Of a stretch of 64,000 nucleotides of DNA, positions 33,274 to 42,177 are shown one piece after another. Position numbers and translations under genes: made by a program. Positions within the stretch are counted from its first letter, which is position 1. Every line of letters begins with the position of its first letter. The notes beneath the pieces were generated by a model. The model searched no databases and was not told the DNA's origin. It saw nothing but the letters and a program-made list of their open reading frames with translations. Origin of the DNA: Phycisphaerae bacterium (GTDB lineage Bacteria; Planctomycetota; Phycisphaerae; SM23-33); contig JAGXKT010000002.1 in assembly GCA_018335035.1 (NCBI GenBank), positions 53,106-117,105 on the forward strand. The letters are read 5' to 3'.

Positions 33274-33430
33274 AGCAGTTTAACTTTTTCTGAAACGTTT
33301 GGCCTACGTGCGGCGTCGCCATGCTGCGTCCCCCTGGCCGTACGGCCTAAGGCATCGGCTGCTTCGGCGTCCTTGCCTGGCTTGTCCTCGGCGACGGCCG
33401 ATCCGCTACATAAAAAGTTAAACTGCTCTA
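33271..33430. mobile_element. Miniature inverted-repeat transposable element (160 bp, TA-flanked, possibly IS630-like)
   Basis: Perfect 19-bp terminal inverted repeats TAGAGCAGTTTAACTTTTT (33271-33289) and AAAAAGTTAAACTGCTCTA (33412-33430); AT-rich ends in GC-rich context; no transposase. Confidence 0.8.
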
Positions 33431-34639
33431 AGCCGCCTTGCCCTCATGGTCGGGCGCGGTGCGTCCGGCGTTGTAGCTGGTTCCGCGCCAGGTCAGGCGG
33501 GCGCCGGGGCGGAGTTTGCCCAGCGCCCACAGCACGACGCCCGCGGCGATGAGAGACCCCAGCGGGTAGGTCCAGAACACGCATCGCCGCGCGCCGGTTA
33601 GGGCGTAAAAGCGGTAGATCACGCTGAGTTGCATCGCGGCCGCGGCGGCCGCCGTCAGCCCGCAGGCCCACCACGCCGCCGTTGCCTCGGCGCCGGTCGC
33701 CGCCAATGTCAGCGCGATCGCCGCGACGCCGTAGGGCACCAAGCCCAGCAGCAGCATGCCCAGAGACGCCAGAAGCCGCCCGGGTGTGCGGAAGGCCCCG
33801 TGAAAGATGCGGCACCAGCCCGCGAGCGTGCCGGCCAGCGTGCGGTACATGCGCACGCGGTAGATGCCGCTGCCCTGGACGACCCGCAGTGTTCGCCCGG
33901 CCTGCTTGACCCGCCGAGCCAGTTGAAGGTCCTCCATGACCTCGCCGCGGATGGCCTCGTGCGTGCCGACGGCGTCATAGCACTCGCGGCGAATGAGCAT
34001 GAACGCTCCGTTGGCGTAGGCGGTCCGGCGACTCGCGTCGTTGACCTTGTCGGGATTGAACCAGATCATCATCACCCCGGAGCACACGGGTTGGATGACC
34101 TCCTCCCAGAACCCACCGGTCTCCATCATCGGCAGCACGCTGAGCATCTCGGCGCCGGTGTCCCGCGCGTGGCGCATGGCAACGGACAGCGCGCGAGGCG
34201 TCAGCAGGCGACAGTCGGCGTCGACCGTCAGCAGCCAGTCGCCGTCGGCGGCGTCGGCCCCGCGGCGAATCGCGTGATTCTTGCCGCACCAACCGCTCGG
34301 CAGCGTCTCGATGTGCAGCACGCGCAGACGACCGTCTTCGCCGGCAAGACGCTCCGCGATCCGGCCCGTGGCGTCCGCGCTGCGATCGTTGCAGACGATG
34401 ATCTCGACATTCGGGTAGTCCTGCTGCAGAAGCGACCGGAGGCAGGACTCGATGTTCTCGGCCTCGTCCTTGGCGGCGACGATCACGGAGATGCGCGGTG
34501 CGGGCGCCCGGACAGGGGGGGCGTCTGAGCCCAGACCGGCGCCGCGCCCGCGCTGGCGCGAAATCAGGATGTGGCGACTGACCCACAACAGCAGGATCAG
34601 CGCCATCGTCCCCGTCAGTGCGATTGCCGTGGCGGCCAT
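33428..34639 (-). CDS. Glycosyltransferase family 2 (CrtQ/HpnB-like, membrane)
   Basis: SVIVAAKDEA, NDRSADAT, GWCGKNHA, VDAD, ANGAFML, EDLQLARRVK, WRG. Confidence 0.9.
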   Translation of the reverse strand: MAATAIALTGTMALILLLWVSRHILISRQRGRGAGLGSDAPPVRAPAPRISVIVAAKDEAENIESCLRSLLQQDYPNVEIIVCNDRSADATGRIAERLAGEDGRLRVLHIETLPSGWCGKNHAIRRGADAADGDWLLTVDADCRLLTPRALSVAMRHARDTGAEMLSVLPMMETGGFWEEVIQPVCSGVMMIWFNPDKVNDASRRTAYANGAFMLIRRECYDAVGTHEAIRGEVMEDLQLARRVKQAGRTLRVVQGSGIYRVRMYRTLAGTLAGWCRIFHGAFRTPGRLLASLGMLLLGLVPYGVAAIALTLAATGAEATAAWWACGLTAAAAAAMQLSVIYRFYALTGARRCVFWTYPLGSLIAAGVVLWALGKLRPGARLTWRGTSYNAGRTAPDHEGKAA

Positions 34640-34642
34640 GGG

Positions 34643-35083
34643 CTAGCCGCCTCCCGCGTGCGACGCGTCCAGATTGACGACCAACTCGATGCGGCCGACC
34701 GCGATGCCCAGGCGGCGGGCGATGTCCTCGCACGCGACGCCCTGGCGGGCCAGGCGGAGGATCTCGGTCCGCGCGGTGTCGGATGGCTCGCTCAACGGCT
34801 CTTCGACCGGCGGCGCGTCGCCGACATCCGCCAGGCACGCGATGCGGTCGTCGGCCTCAGCAATGAGCCGCTCGAGCCGCTCGGCTTTGCGGTTGAGCTC
34901 AGCCACGACGTCCTCGGCACGCCGCACGGACGGCTCGACGGCGTCGTGCGCCCCCAGCGGGACGTCGCGCGCGTCGCGCCGCCGTCGGCGGTGAAGCCCC
35001 CACACCAGCGCGGCGCCCATTATCAGGAACACGGCGCCTGCGGCGATGAGCCCCGTCAGCGCCTGAAGCGACAGCGAGATCAT
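34643..35083 (-). CDS. Membrane-anchored coiled-coil protein with C-terminal HTH (DUF2802/DUF6115-like)
   Basis: N-terminal TM; EILRLARQGVACEDIARRLGIAVGRIELVVNL; ATGA overlap with larC. Confidence 0.7.
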   Translation of the reverse strand: MISLSLQALTGLIAAGAVFLIMGAALVWGLHRRRRRDARDVPLGAHDAVEPSVRRAEDVVAELNRKAERLERLIAEADDRIACLADVGDAPPVEEPLSEPSDTARTEILRLARQGVACEDIARRLGIAVGRIELVVNLDASHAGGG

Positions 35084-36267
35084 CGTGCGCCCTCCCGCAA
35101 GGCGGCCTGGGCGGCGGCGAGCACCTCGCGCGGTGCGACGTGATGCGTCTCGGCGGCGGCGAGACAGTCGGCAAATTCCGGCGCGACGGTCACGACCTCG
35201 TTGCCCAGCCGGCCCAGCTTGACGCGCACCGGCCCGTAGCGCGTCTCGACCGTCTGGAAGCTTCGGGCGAGCTTCGTGCGGCTGGCCGCGCGCCGCCGGA
35301 TGCCGAACGTCGTGGTCTGGCGGAAGATGATCTGCTCGGCTCGGGTCACGTCCGACGGCGCCGCCAGGGCGCACAGCATCCAACCCGGGCGCGAGCGCTT
35401 CATCGTGATGGGCAGGACCCAGGCATCGAGGCACCCCACGGACAGCAGTGCGTCGATCGTCGCGCCGATCCATTCGCCCGTGCAATCGTCCAGATTGGCC
35501 GTCAGCTCCACCACGGTGTCGGCGGTGCCGGCATCGCCCGGTTCGCCGAGGTACACGCGAAGGAGATTGGGCATCGGCCCGTCGTCGCGGCTTCCGGCGC
35601 CGTAGCCGACGGCGCGGACGTCCAGCTCGCACAGCGGGCCGAACGTCTCGGCCAGCGTGGTCAGCACGGCCGCCGCTGTCGGCGTGGTGACCTCGCGCGG
35701 CACATCCGCCGAGACTGTCCGCGCCCCGCTCAGCAACAATGCCGTGGCGGGCGCGGGTGCGGGCATCGTGCCGTGGGCGCAGTGAATCGTGCCGTGCCCG
35801 ATGGGGATCGGCCCGCACACGAGCCGATCGACCTCCAGAAGCTCCAGAGCGACACACGCCCCGACGATATCGAGGATGCTGTCGGCCGCGCCGATCTCGT
35901 GAAAGTGAACCTCGTCGCGGGCGATGTCGTGGGCCCTCGCCTCGGCGTCCGCCAGCCGCGTGAAGATGCGCTTGGCCCGGTCCGCCGCACGGGGCGCCAG
36001 TCCGGCCGACGCGATCATCGCCAGGATATCCGTGAGGTGTCGCTGTGGCGCGCCGCTCGCCGTGGTCGGCGATTCCGCCAGGTCCACGTGGAACTTCGTT
36101 CCGGCCAGCCCCTGCCGCGTGACCTTCTCGGCACGCAGCGCGTAGTCCGTCAGCGGCAGCTTGGCAAGGTCGCTTCGCAGCGCATCGAAATCGCAGCCGG
36201 CATCCAGCAGAGCGCCGACGATCATGTCTCCGGCCGCACCGGAAAAACAGTCCACGTGCAGGAGCAT
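35080..36267 (-). CDS. larC: Nickel pincer cofactor biosynthesis protein LarC
   Basis: DCFSGAAGDMIVGALLD, VHFHEIGAADSILD, CAHGTMPAPAPAT, ANLDD, TTTFGIR, APEFADC. Confidence 0.93.
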   Translation of the reverse strand: MLLHVDCFSGAAGDMIVGALLDAGCDFDALRSDLAKLPLTDYALRAEKVTRQGLAGTKFHVDLAESPTTASGAPQRHLTDILAMIASAGLAPRAADRAKRIFTRLADAEARAHDIARDEVHFHEIGAADSILDIVGACVALELLEVDRLVCGPIPIGHGTIHCAHGTMPAPAPATALLLSGARTVSADVPREVTTPTAAAVLTTLAETFGPLCELDVRAVGYGAGSRDDGPMPNLLRVYLGEPGDAGTADTVVELTANLDDCTGEWIGATIDALLSVGCLDAWVLPITMKRSRPGWMLCALAAPSDVTRAEQIIFRQTTTFGIRRRAASRTKLARSFQTVETRYGPVRVKLGRLGNEVVTVAPEFADCLAAAETHHVAPREVLAAAQAALREGAR

Positions 36268-36662
36268 CCGGTATCCTTGGTCCTCGCCAGCGACAGCAGT
36301 GTAGGCCCGCGACGGGGCCCATGCAAGGGTCACGACGGCTGGCGGGGGACGCGGCGTGTCGGCCGCTGCGCTGTCGCGCGAGGCGACACCTGGTTCGGGG
36401 GCACACGCGCGGGTGCGCGAATCACAGAAAATTGTGACGAACGGCATTTCCCCAGATGGCTGTCGTTGCGTTGGTTACACAGACGCCGTGCGTCGCGCCG
36501 TTGTGACGCGCCGCCTCGTGCCGACGCGGGGCAACTGTGGGGGCTATAATGTGCGCTGAACGGCGGCGGGGGCACAAGCGGGCGGAACGACGCGGGGCCG
36601 CCGGGTGCCGGGCGCTTCCGGCATGCGACGCTGAGGATTCGACAAAGGAAAAGGTCCCTAAA

Positions 36663-36690
36663 TTAAGTCGGCTCCCAATCCCACCGATAG
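36663..36690 (+). promoter_or_regulatory. Putative sigma28 (FliA/WhiG)-like promoter
   Basis: TAAG-N15-ACCGATAG against the consensus TAAA-N15-GCCGATAA, 68 nt upstream of the CBM48 gene. Confidence 0.4.
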
Positions 36691-36758
36691 CAGCACAAGG
36701 CATTGGGCATGTGCGGGTTTCGTGGTGTCGGTACACGACTTAATTCAAGGATGATGCG

Positions 36759-37085
36759 ATGGTTACCGTTCATGGTCAGTGGGCAGAGTTTCGGTTTTTC
36801 CGTCCGGCGGCGGACCGCGTCGAATTGGCGGGGGACTTCAACGACTGGCGTGAGGGGCAGTTGCCCATGAGCCGCGAAGACGACGGGTACTGGACGGCGA
36901 GAATGCGCCTGCCCGTCGGCGAGTTCCGCTTTCGCTACCGCGCGGACGGGCAGTGGTTTACGGACTACGCCGCCTTTGGCGTTGAGCCGGGCCGGTTCGG
37001 ATTGGACAGCATCGTGCGCGTGCCGCCGGCGTCTGTGCCGTTTGCCGGCGCGCCCGCGCGCGACGCCGACTACGCCGTAGCATAG
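36759..37085 (+). CDS. Stand-alone glycogen-binding domain protein (CBM48/AMPK-beta-like)
   Basis: FRFFRPAADRVELAGDFNDW, GYW, GEFRFRYRADGQWFTD; AAGGA RBS. Confidence 0.88.
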   Translation: MVTVHGQWAEFRFFRPAADRVELAGDFNDWREGQLPMSREDDGYWTARMRLPVGEFRFRYRADGQWFTDYAAFGVEPGRFGLDSIVRVPPASVPFAGAPARDADYAVA

Positions 37086-37154
37086 CAGCCCAGGGCATTC
37101 CGTCCAGGCAGATCGGCCCGACGCGCCGTGATGAGACCGCCTGGCCGGCTTGCG

Positions 37155-37937
37155 TTACGGCTCGCAGCGCGGCGCGTCCTGCGGGGTGTCTCCGGCGGTT
37201 GCGTCCGATGGTTTCGGCTCGTTCGCGGCGTCCGGCCCGTGGTCCTGCTCGTGCGGGTCGTTGCCGTCCTGATCGGATGTGGCCCCGGTGTCCGTTTCGT
37301 CGGGCGGTGGCGCGGCGTCCGCGTCACTTGCGGGCGGTGCGGGCTTGCTCCGTTCGGCCGGTATGCGCAGTTCCTCGGCGCGGGGCAGGTCGTCCAAGCT
37401 CGCCAGCCCGAACACCTCCAGGAACCGTCGCGTTGTTCCATACAGCATGGGCCGTCCAAGGACGTCGGCGCGCCCGACGATCTTGACCAGTTGCTTCTCC
37501 AGCAGCCCGCGAAGCACCTCGCCGCAACTGACGCCGCGGATGACCTCGATATCGGCCCGCAGTATGGGTTGGCGATAGGCCACGATCGCCAGCGTCTCCA
37601 TTGCCGCCTGTGACAGGCGGGTCTGGCTGCGCGATTGGAAGAGTCGCTCCAGTAGCCCGTGGTACTCCGGGCGCGTCAGCATCTGGTAGCCGCCGGCAAT
37701 TTCTTCGATGCGGAAGCTCGCGCCGTGCTCGTCGTAGCGGGCGTTGAGGGTGTCGATGGCTTGGCGGACGGCCTTGCGCCCGGGCAGGTCGGCGACGCGG
37801 GCGATCTTCTCCGGCGTCAACGGGCTGTCGGTCGCGAACAGGACGGCCTCGACCCGCGTTTCGGGCTGCGAGACGGCCTCGCCGTCGGCGTGTTCGGCTG
37901 TCATCGCGGACGGCGAGTTATCGTTCGTCTGGGTCAT
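37155..37937 (-). CDS. scpB: SMC-Scp complex subunit ScpB
   Basis: VEAVLFA, AGGYQMLTRPEY, LSQAAMETLAIVAYRQP, GRPMLYGTT..FLEVFGL; acidic tail. Confidence 0.96.
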   Translation of the reverse strand: MTQTNDNSPSAMTAEHADGEAVSQPETRVEAVLFATDSPLTPEKIARVADLPGRKAVRQAIDTLNARYDEHGASFRIEEIAGGYQMLTRPEYHGLLERLFQSRSQTRLSQAAMETLAIVAYRQPILRADIEVIRGVSCGEVLRGLLEKQLVKIVGRADVLGRPMLYGTTRRFLEVFGLASLDDLPRAEELRIPAERSKPAPPASDADAAPPPDETDTGATSDQDGNDPHEQDHGPDAANEPKPSDATAGDTPQDAPRCEP

Positions 37938-38043
37938 GGACTACACCGGCGCGATTGACACGCACACGCATCGCCGACGGCGGTGGCGCCGTGGGCGTTG
38001 ACGGCGCACGGCGGCGCACTGTAGCGACGCAGACAGCGAGACG

Positions 38044-39762
38044 CTACTCGAACTCCTCTTCGTTAATGGGCTCGTCGTCCGGTTGGGTCGTCGGTGCGCC
38101 CACGGGCAGGCCGGTCGGCGGCAGAGGATCGTCCGCCGGTGTATCGTCCGAGGCCCCGCCGTTGTCTTCGGCCGGCGCCATGTCGGGGCGATCCGGCCGA
38201 ATCGGTGCGAAATCCTCGTCCGGCTCCTCGCCGGGGGCCTCGCTTGGTGTGTCGGCCTCGACGGGCTCGACCTCGACCGGCTGGCTGTCGATCGGTTCGG
38301 TCTCAGCCGGCTCGATTTCGATCGGCGGCAGCGCTTCGATCGGCGAGCCGTCTTCAGCCGGCGCCGCGCCCTCGGTCCCGGCTTCCGTCTCGGACTGTGA
38401 ATCGCCTGCCGGGCGGATTGGTCGTGGCAGGGCCCCGGGGTCGCTCGGCGCCTCGGCCGGCGGGGTGTAAGGCGCCACCGTCGGCTCGGGGGGCGTTGTC
38501 AGTGTGACATCGTCGGACAAGGCGACGATCTCGCCAACTTCGACGACGTTGACTTCCAGGCCCTCGTCGTATCGCATTTCGCCGACGAGGCCCACCTCTT
38601 TTCCGACGTACTCGGTCCAGGCGACGGTCCCCTCGCTGCATTGGGCATACGCGCGAATCGCCAGCGTGTCCGGATTGCGGACGACGTAGCGTTTCGGGCG
38701 GCCGCCACCGCCGCGGAAGACGGCGCTCGGCACGAGCACGCCGCGTGCGACATAGTCGGGCTCGGCCTGCTTCGGCGTGAGGACCTCGATCTTCGCGCGG
38801 CTGCTTTCGAACTCCTTCTGCTTCCGTCGCGCCTCGCGGATGAGTTCGTCGGCCTCCTGGCGCTCGGCGCGGCGGCGGATGGCGATTTGCAGAAAGCGGA
38901 TGCGGCTGTCGATGTAGGGCTTCAGGAAGCTGTCCTCCCCGGCGTCCATCCGGCGGTAAGCCGTCAGGAGCTTGCGCAGGTCGCGCTCGGCGGGGGGCTT
39001 GGCGAATTCCGCGTACAGGGTCTCCTCGACGTTGTTGAAGGCCTTCAGCGCCGCGTTGACGTCTTCCATTTCGGCATCGGTCACCACGCTGGCGTCCGCA
39101 CCGCTATCGCCCCCCGCGTCGGCACCCGTTGTGGCATCGGACGCACCGGTATCGCCCGCCGTCTCGGCACCCGTTGTGGCATCGGACGCACCGGCATCGC
39201 CCGCGTCCGCACCCGCCATCGCGGGGTCGGTTTCGCCGACGGTCCGGTCGGCGCGCTTGACGTACTGCCGCGTGATGTAGAAATGGACGCCGGCGGGCGG
39301 CTTGATTCGGTAGAAGTCGCTCTTCTCGGCGAGGATCACGATCTTGTCGCCGCGGTCCAACTGGGTCTGTACGTGCCAGTGATTGGCCAGCTCGCCCCAG
39401 TCGTGGACGCGCGTCCCGGCGCGGATGTTGACGTTCCGGGCGACGACTGTTCCGGTCTTGCCGTCTGCACCGGCTCGCACGAGATCGTCGCGGTTGCTGA
39501 TGATGCTGAACGCACCCGCCGGCGGCTGAATCTTCAGCCACTTCTCGATCTCCCCGACGACCGTGACCTTCGCCGGGCGGCTCAAACGCAGACATTCGTA
39601 CGACGCGTGCTCGGTCGGGCTGGACCGGACGTTGACGTCTCTGGCCGTGACCTGCCCGACCCACGGGGTGTATGCGTCACCCGCGGCGTCGGCGAGGGGC
39701 TGGGCTCCGGCGACGCTTGTCAGCATTACGACGGTTGCCAACGCGAATGTGACTGTTCTCAT
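38044..39762 (-). CDS. Exported protein with two bacterial SH3 domains and acidic Pro-rich tail
   Basis: Signal peptide MRTVTFALA; DVNVRSSP...WLKIQPP and NVNIRAG...FYRIKPP; AAGGAG RBS. Confidence 0.8.
   Translation of the reverse strand: MRTVTFALATVVMLTSVAGAQPLADAAGDAYTPWVGQVTARDVNVRSSPTEHASYECLRLSRPAKVTVVGEIEKWLKIQPPAGAFSIISNRDDLVRAGADGKTGTVVARNVNIRAGTRVHDWGELANHWHVQTQLDRGDKIVILAEKSDFYRIKPPAGVHFYITRQYVKRADRTVGETDPAMAGADAGDAGASDATTGAETAGDTGASDATTGADAGGDSGADASVVTDAEMEDVNAALKAFNNVEETLYAEFAKPPAERDLRKLLTAYRRMDAGEDSFLKPYIDSRIRFLQIAIRRRAERQEADELIREARRKQKEFESSRAKIEVLTPKQAEPDYVARGVLVPSAVFRGGGGRPKRYVVRNPDTLAIRAYAQCSEGTVAWTEYVGKEVGLVGEMRYDEGLEVNVVEVGEIVALSDDVTLTTPPEPTVAPYTPPAEAPSDPGALPRPIRPAGDSQSETEAGTEGAAPAEDGSPIEALPPIEIEPAETEPIDSQPVEVEPVEADTPSEAPGEEPDEDFAPIRPDRPDMAPAEDNGGASDDTPADDPLPPTGLPVGAPTTQPDDEPINEEEFE
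39119..39204. repeat. 45-bp in-frame tandem duplication in the SH3 protein linker
   Basis: TCGGCACCCGTTGTGGCATCGGACGCACCGG(T/C)ATCGCCCGC at 39119 and 39164, encoding AGD(A/T)GASDATTGA twice. Confidence 0.85.
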
Positions 39763-39883
39763 GGCATGCTCCTTCCGCAGAAGCATCGTCCCGGCGGCGG
39801 CCGCGCAAACGCCCGCCGTCACGCTCCTGAGCGCTTGATCCAAGACCGCGACGCTATCATCCGCCGTGGGGGGCTGTCAACGG

Positions 39884-40954
39884 TTATCCCGCGCGACCTT
39901 CCAGCGCCTGCCCATGGCTGCAGGCGGGATCGGCGGCGAGAAAATCGCCTGTGGCGGCATAGGCGCGGGCTCGGCATCCGCCGCAGACGTCGCGATAGGC
40001 GCAGCGCCCGCAGGCGCCGCCCAGGCGATCGGTGTCTCGCAGGGCGGTCAGAACCGGCGCATCGCGCCACAGTGCCGCCAGGCCCGCGCGGCGCACGTTT
40101 CCGCAGTCGATCGGAAGGTACCCGCACGGACGCACCGTGCCGTCCTGGCCGACGAACACCACCGCTCGACCGCCCAGGCAACCGCGGTCACGTACCGGCA
40201 GCCCGCGCTGCCGGGCCACACGGTGGTAGTGGGGGGCGCAGGTGGCCCGCAGTTCCAGTCCGGTCTCGCCGTCGTCACGGCGGTCGCACAGCCAGTCCAG
40301 GACGCGCTCATAGTGGTCGGGCGGCAGTTGCTGCGTCTCGGCCAGCGCGGCGCCGCACCCGACCGGCACGAGCAGGAACAGGTGCACCGCTTCGGCACCG
40401 ATGGATCGAGCCATCGCGAGCACGGTGTCGAGCTGTGCGACGTTGCGCCGTGTGATCGTTGTGTTGATTTGCACGGATTGCCCCGCGCGGCGCAGCGCGC
40501 TGAGGCCGGCCAGTGCGGCGTTGAAGGCGCCCGTCCGTCCGCGCAGCCCGTCGTGCGTTTCGGCATCGGCGCCGTCGATGCTGACGGCAACGCGTCGAAA
40601 GCCGGCCGCGGCGATACGACCGGCCAAGGCGTCGTCGATGAGCGTGCCGTTGGTCGCCAGGGCGGTCGGCAGGCCGCACCGTTGCGCCGCGGACGCCAGG
40701 GCCTCCCAGTCGTCGCGCAGCAGCGGCTCGCCGCCGGAGAAGACGACCACGGGTCGATCCGCGCCGTTCGGCGTGCCCAGTGTCGCCGCATCGGCGAACA
40801 TGGCGCCCGCCTCGGCGAGGGACAGTTCATCCGCGGCGCCGTCGCCCGTACGCCGGCAGTGGGCGCAGTCCAGATTGCACCTGGGCGTCGTTTCCCAGAA
40901 GAGCATCCGCAGGGGCGGCGGGCCTGATGTTGGCGCGTCGGCGTGTTCAAACAT
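39884..40954 (-). CDS. ahbD: Radical SAM/SPASM heme b synthase (AhbD/NirJ2-like)
   Basis: LRMLFWETTPRCNLDCAHCR, HLFLLVPVGCG, TCAPHYHR, GCLGG, CGRCAYRDVCGGCRARAY. Confidence 0.85.
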   Translation of the reverse strand: MFEHADAPTSGPPPLRMLFWETTPRCNLDCAHCRRTGDGAADELSLAEAGAMFADAATLGTPNGADRPVVVFSGGEPLLRDDWEALASAAQRCGLPTALATNGTLIDDALAGRIAAAGFRRVAVSIDGADAETHDGLRGRTGAFNAALAGLSALRRAGQSVQINTTITRRNVAQLDTVLAMARSIGAEAVHLFLLVPVGCGAALAETQQLPPDHYERVLDWLCDRRDDGETGLELRATCAPHYHRVARQRGLPVRDRGCLGGRAVVFVGQDGTVRPCGYLPIDCGNVRRAGLAALWRDAPVLTALRDTDRLGGACGRCAYRDVCGGCRARAYAATGDFLAADPACSHGQALEGRAG

Positions 40955-42113
40955 CGCGGTTCGGGTCGATTTCTGCGTCGGTGAGGTAGCAGGCCGGGTC
41001 GTCGCCCCAGGGGTCTCCGGCTGCCTCGGCGCGGGCGCGGAGATTGCCGTTGCACACGTCCAGCCATCGGCAGCGGCTGCAGCGACCGGTGAGTCCGGCC
41101 GGTCGTGCCCGCAGCGCGGCCAGCAGTGGTTGCCGCGCGTCGGACCAGATCGCGCTGAAGGGCCGCCGGCGGACGTTGCCCACCGCGCGCGTGCGCCAGA
41201 AGGGGTCCGGATGCACGTCCCCGCGCCAACCGATGCAGGCGATCCGCTCGCCGCTGGCGTTGCCGCCCTGGCGGCGCAGCAGCGCCAGAGACCGTTCGGC
41301 CGCGTCCGGATCTTCACGCCGCAGGCGGAGGTACGCGTAGGGCCCGTCGGCGTGGTTGTCCACTGTGAGCACTTCCGCGGGCCTGTCGGTGCGGTGGGCG
41401 CTGACGGCCGCGTCGATCAAGGCATCCAGCACGCGGCGGGTTCCGCTGTGGCTAAGCGAGCGGGCATCCAGCGCGGCGCCGCGGCCGGTCGCGACGAGGT
41501 GGTAGAAGCACAGGCGATCAACCCCCTCGCGACGGGCGAGATCGAACATCGCCGGCGCGTCGGCGGCATTGTCGCGCGTGAGCGTGAACCGCAACCCCAC
41601 GCGCACATTCGCCTGCCGGAAATGCCGGAGCCCCGCTGTGGCCGCGTCGTAGGCGCCGCGCGCCCCCCGAAAGGCGTCGTGGGTGGCAGGCGTTCCGTCG
41701 AAGCTGACGCCGGCGTAGCTGAGGCCCGCTTCGCCCAGGCGCTGCGCCAGGTCGGTCGAGGCGAGCGTGGCGTTCGTGGACAGGGCCGTACGCAACCCCG
41801 CATGCCGCGCGTGCGCGACAAGCTCAACCAAATCGCTCCGCAGCAGCGGCTCGCCGCCGGAGATCAACAGGACCGCCGCACCGAAGCCGGCGAGATCGTC
41901 GATCAGGGTGACCGCCTCGTCGGTGGTCAGTTCCCCGTCGGCTGGCGCATCGTCGCTGTCGGCGTAGCAATGGGCGCATCGCAGATTGCATCGCCGGGTG
42001 GCGTTCCACACCACGACGGGGCGTCGCGGGCCCTGAGCGCACTGGGCGGTGCCGTAGCGCAGCGCATCGCCCGGCGCGTCGGTCAGGCCGTACAGCTTGG
42101 AGAGGTTTATCAC
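40947..42113 (-). CDS. ahbC: Radical SAM Fe-coproporphyrin III synthase (AhbC/NirJ1-like)
   Basis: INLSKLY, RPVVVWNATRRCNLRCAHCY, CFYHLV, VLTVDNHADG, GNASG, CNGNLRARA, DPACYLTD. Confidence 0.9.
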   Translation of the reverse strand: MINLSKLYGLTDAPGDALRYGTAQCAQGPRRPVVVWNATRRCNLRCAHCYADSDDAPADGELTTDEAVTLIDDLAGFGAAVLLISGGEPLLRSDLVELVAHARHAGLRTALSTNATLASTDLAQRLGEAGLSYAGVSFDGTPATHDAFRGARGAYDAATAGLRHFRQANVRVGLRFTLTRDNAADAPAMFDLARREGVDRLCFYHLVATGRGAALDARSLSHSGTRRVLDALIDAAVSAHRTDRPAEVLTVDNHADGPYAYLRLRREDPDAAERSLALLRRQGGNASGERIACIGWRGDVHPDPFWRTRAVGNVRRRPFSAIWSDARQPLLAALRARPAGLTGRCSRCRWLDVCNGNLRARAEAAGDPWGDDPACYLTDAEIDPNRDV

Positions 42114-42177
42114 GGTATCGGCTCGCAGCCAGGAAGGGCGGCGGGATGCATTGTAGCGCGCCGTTGCCGGCGGCGCC

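Noticed and set aside
36422-36437. CRP/FNR or Rex binding site
   Set aside because: Half-sites are in the reverse order (TCACA-N6-TGTGA) to the CRP consensus TGTGA-N6-TCACA and do not fit Rex.
39884-42113. Radical SAM/SPASM pair as RiPP maturases
   Set aside because: Motifs match AhbC and AhbD closely, and no precursor peptide or PqqD/RRE gene is adjacent.
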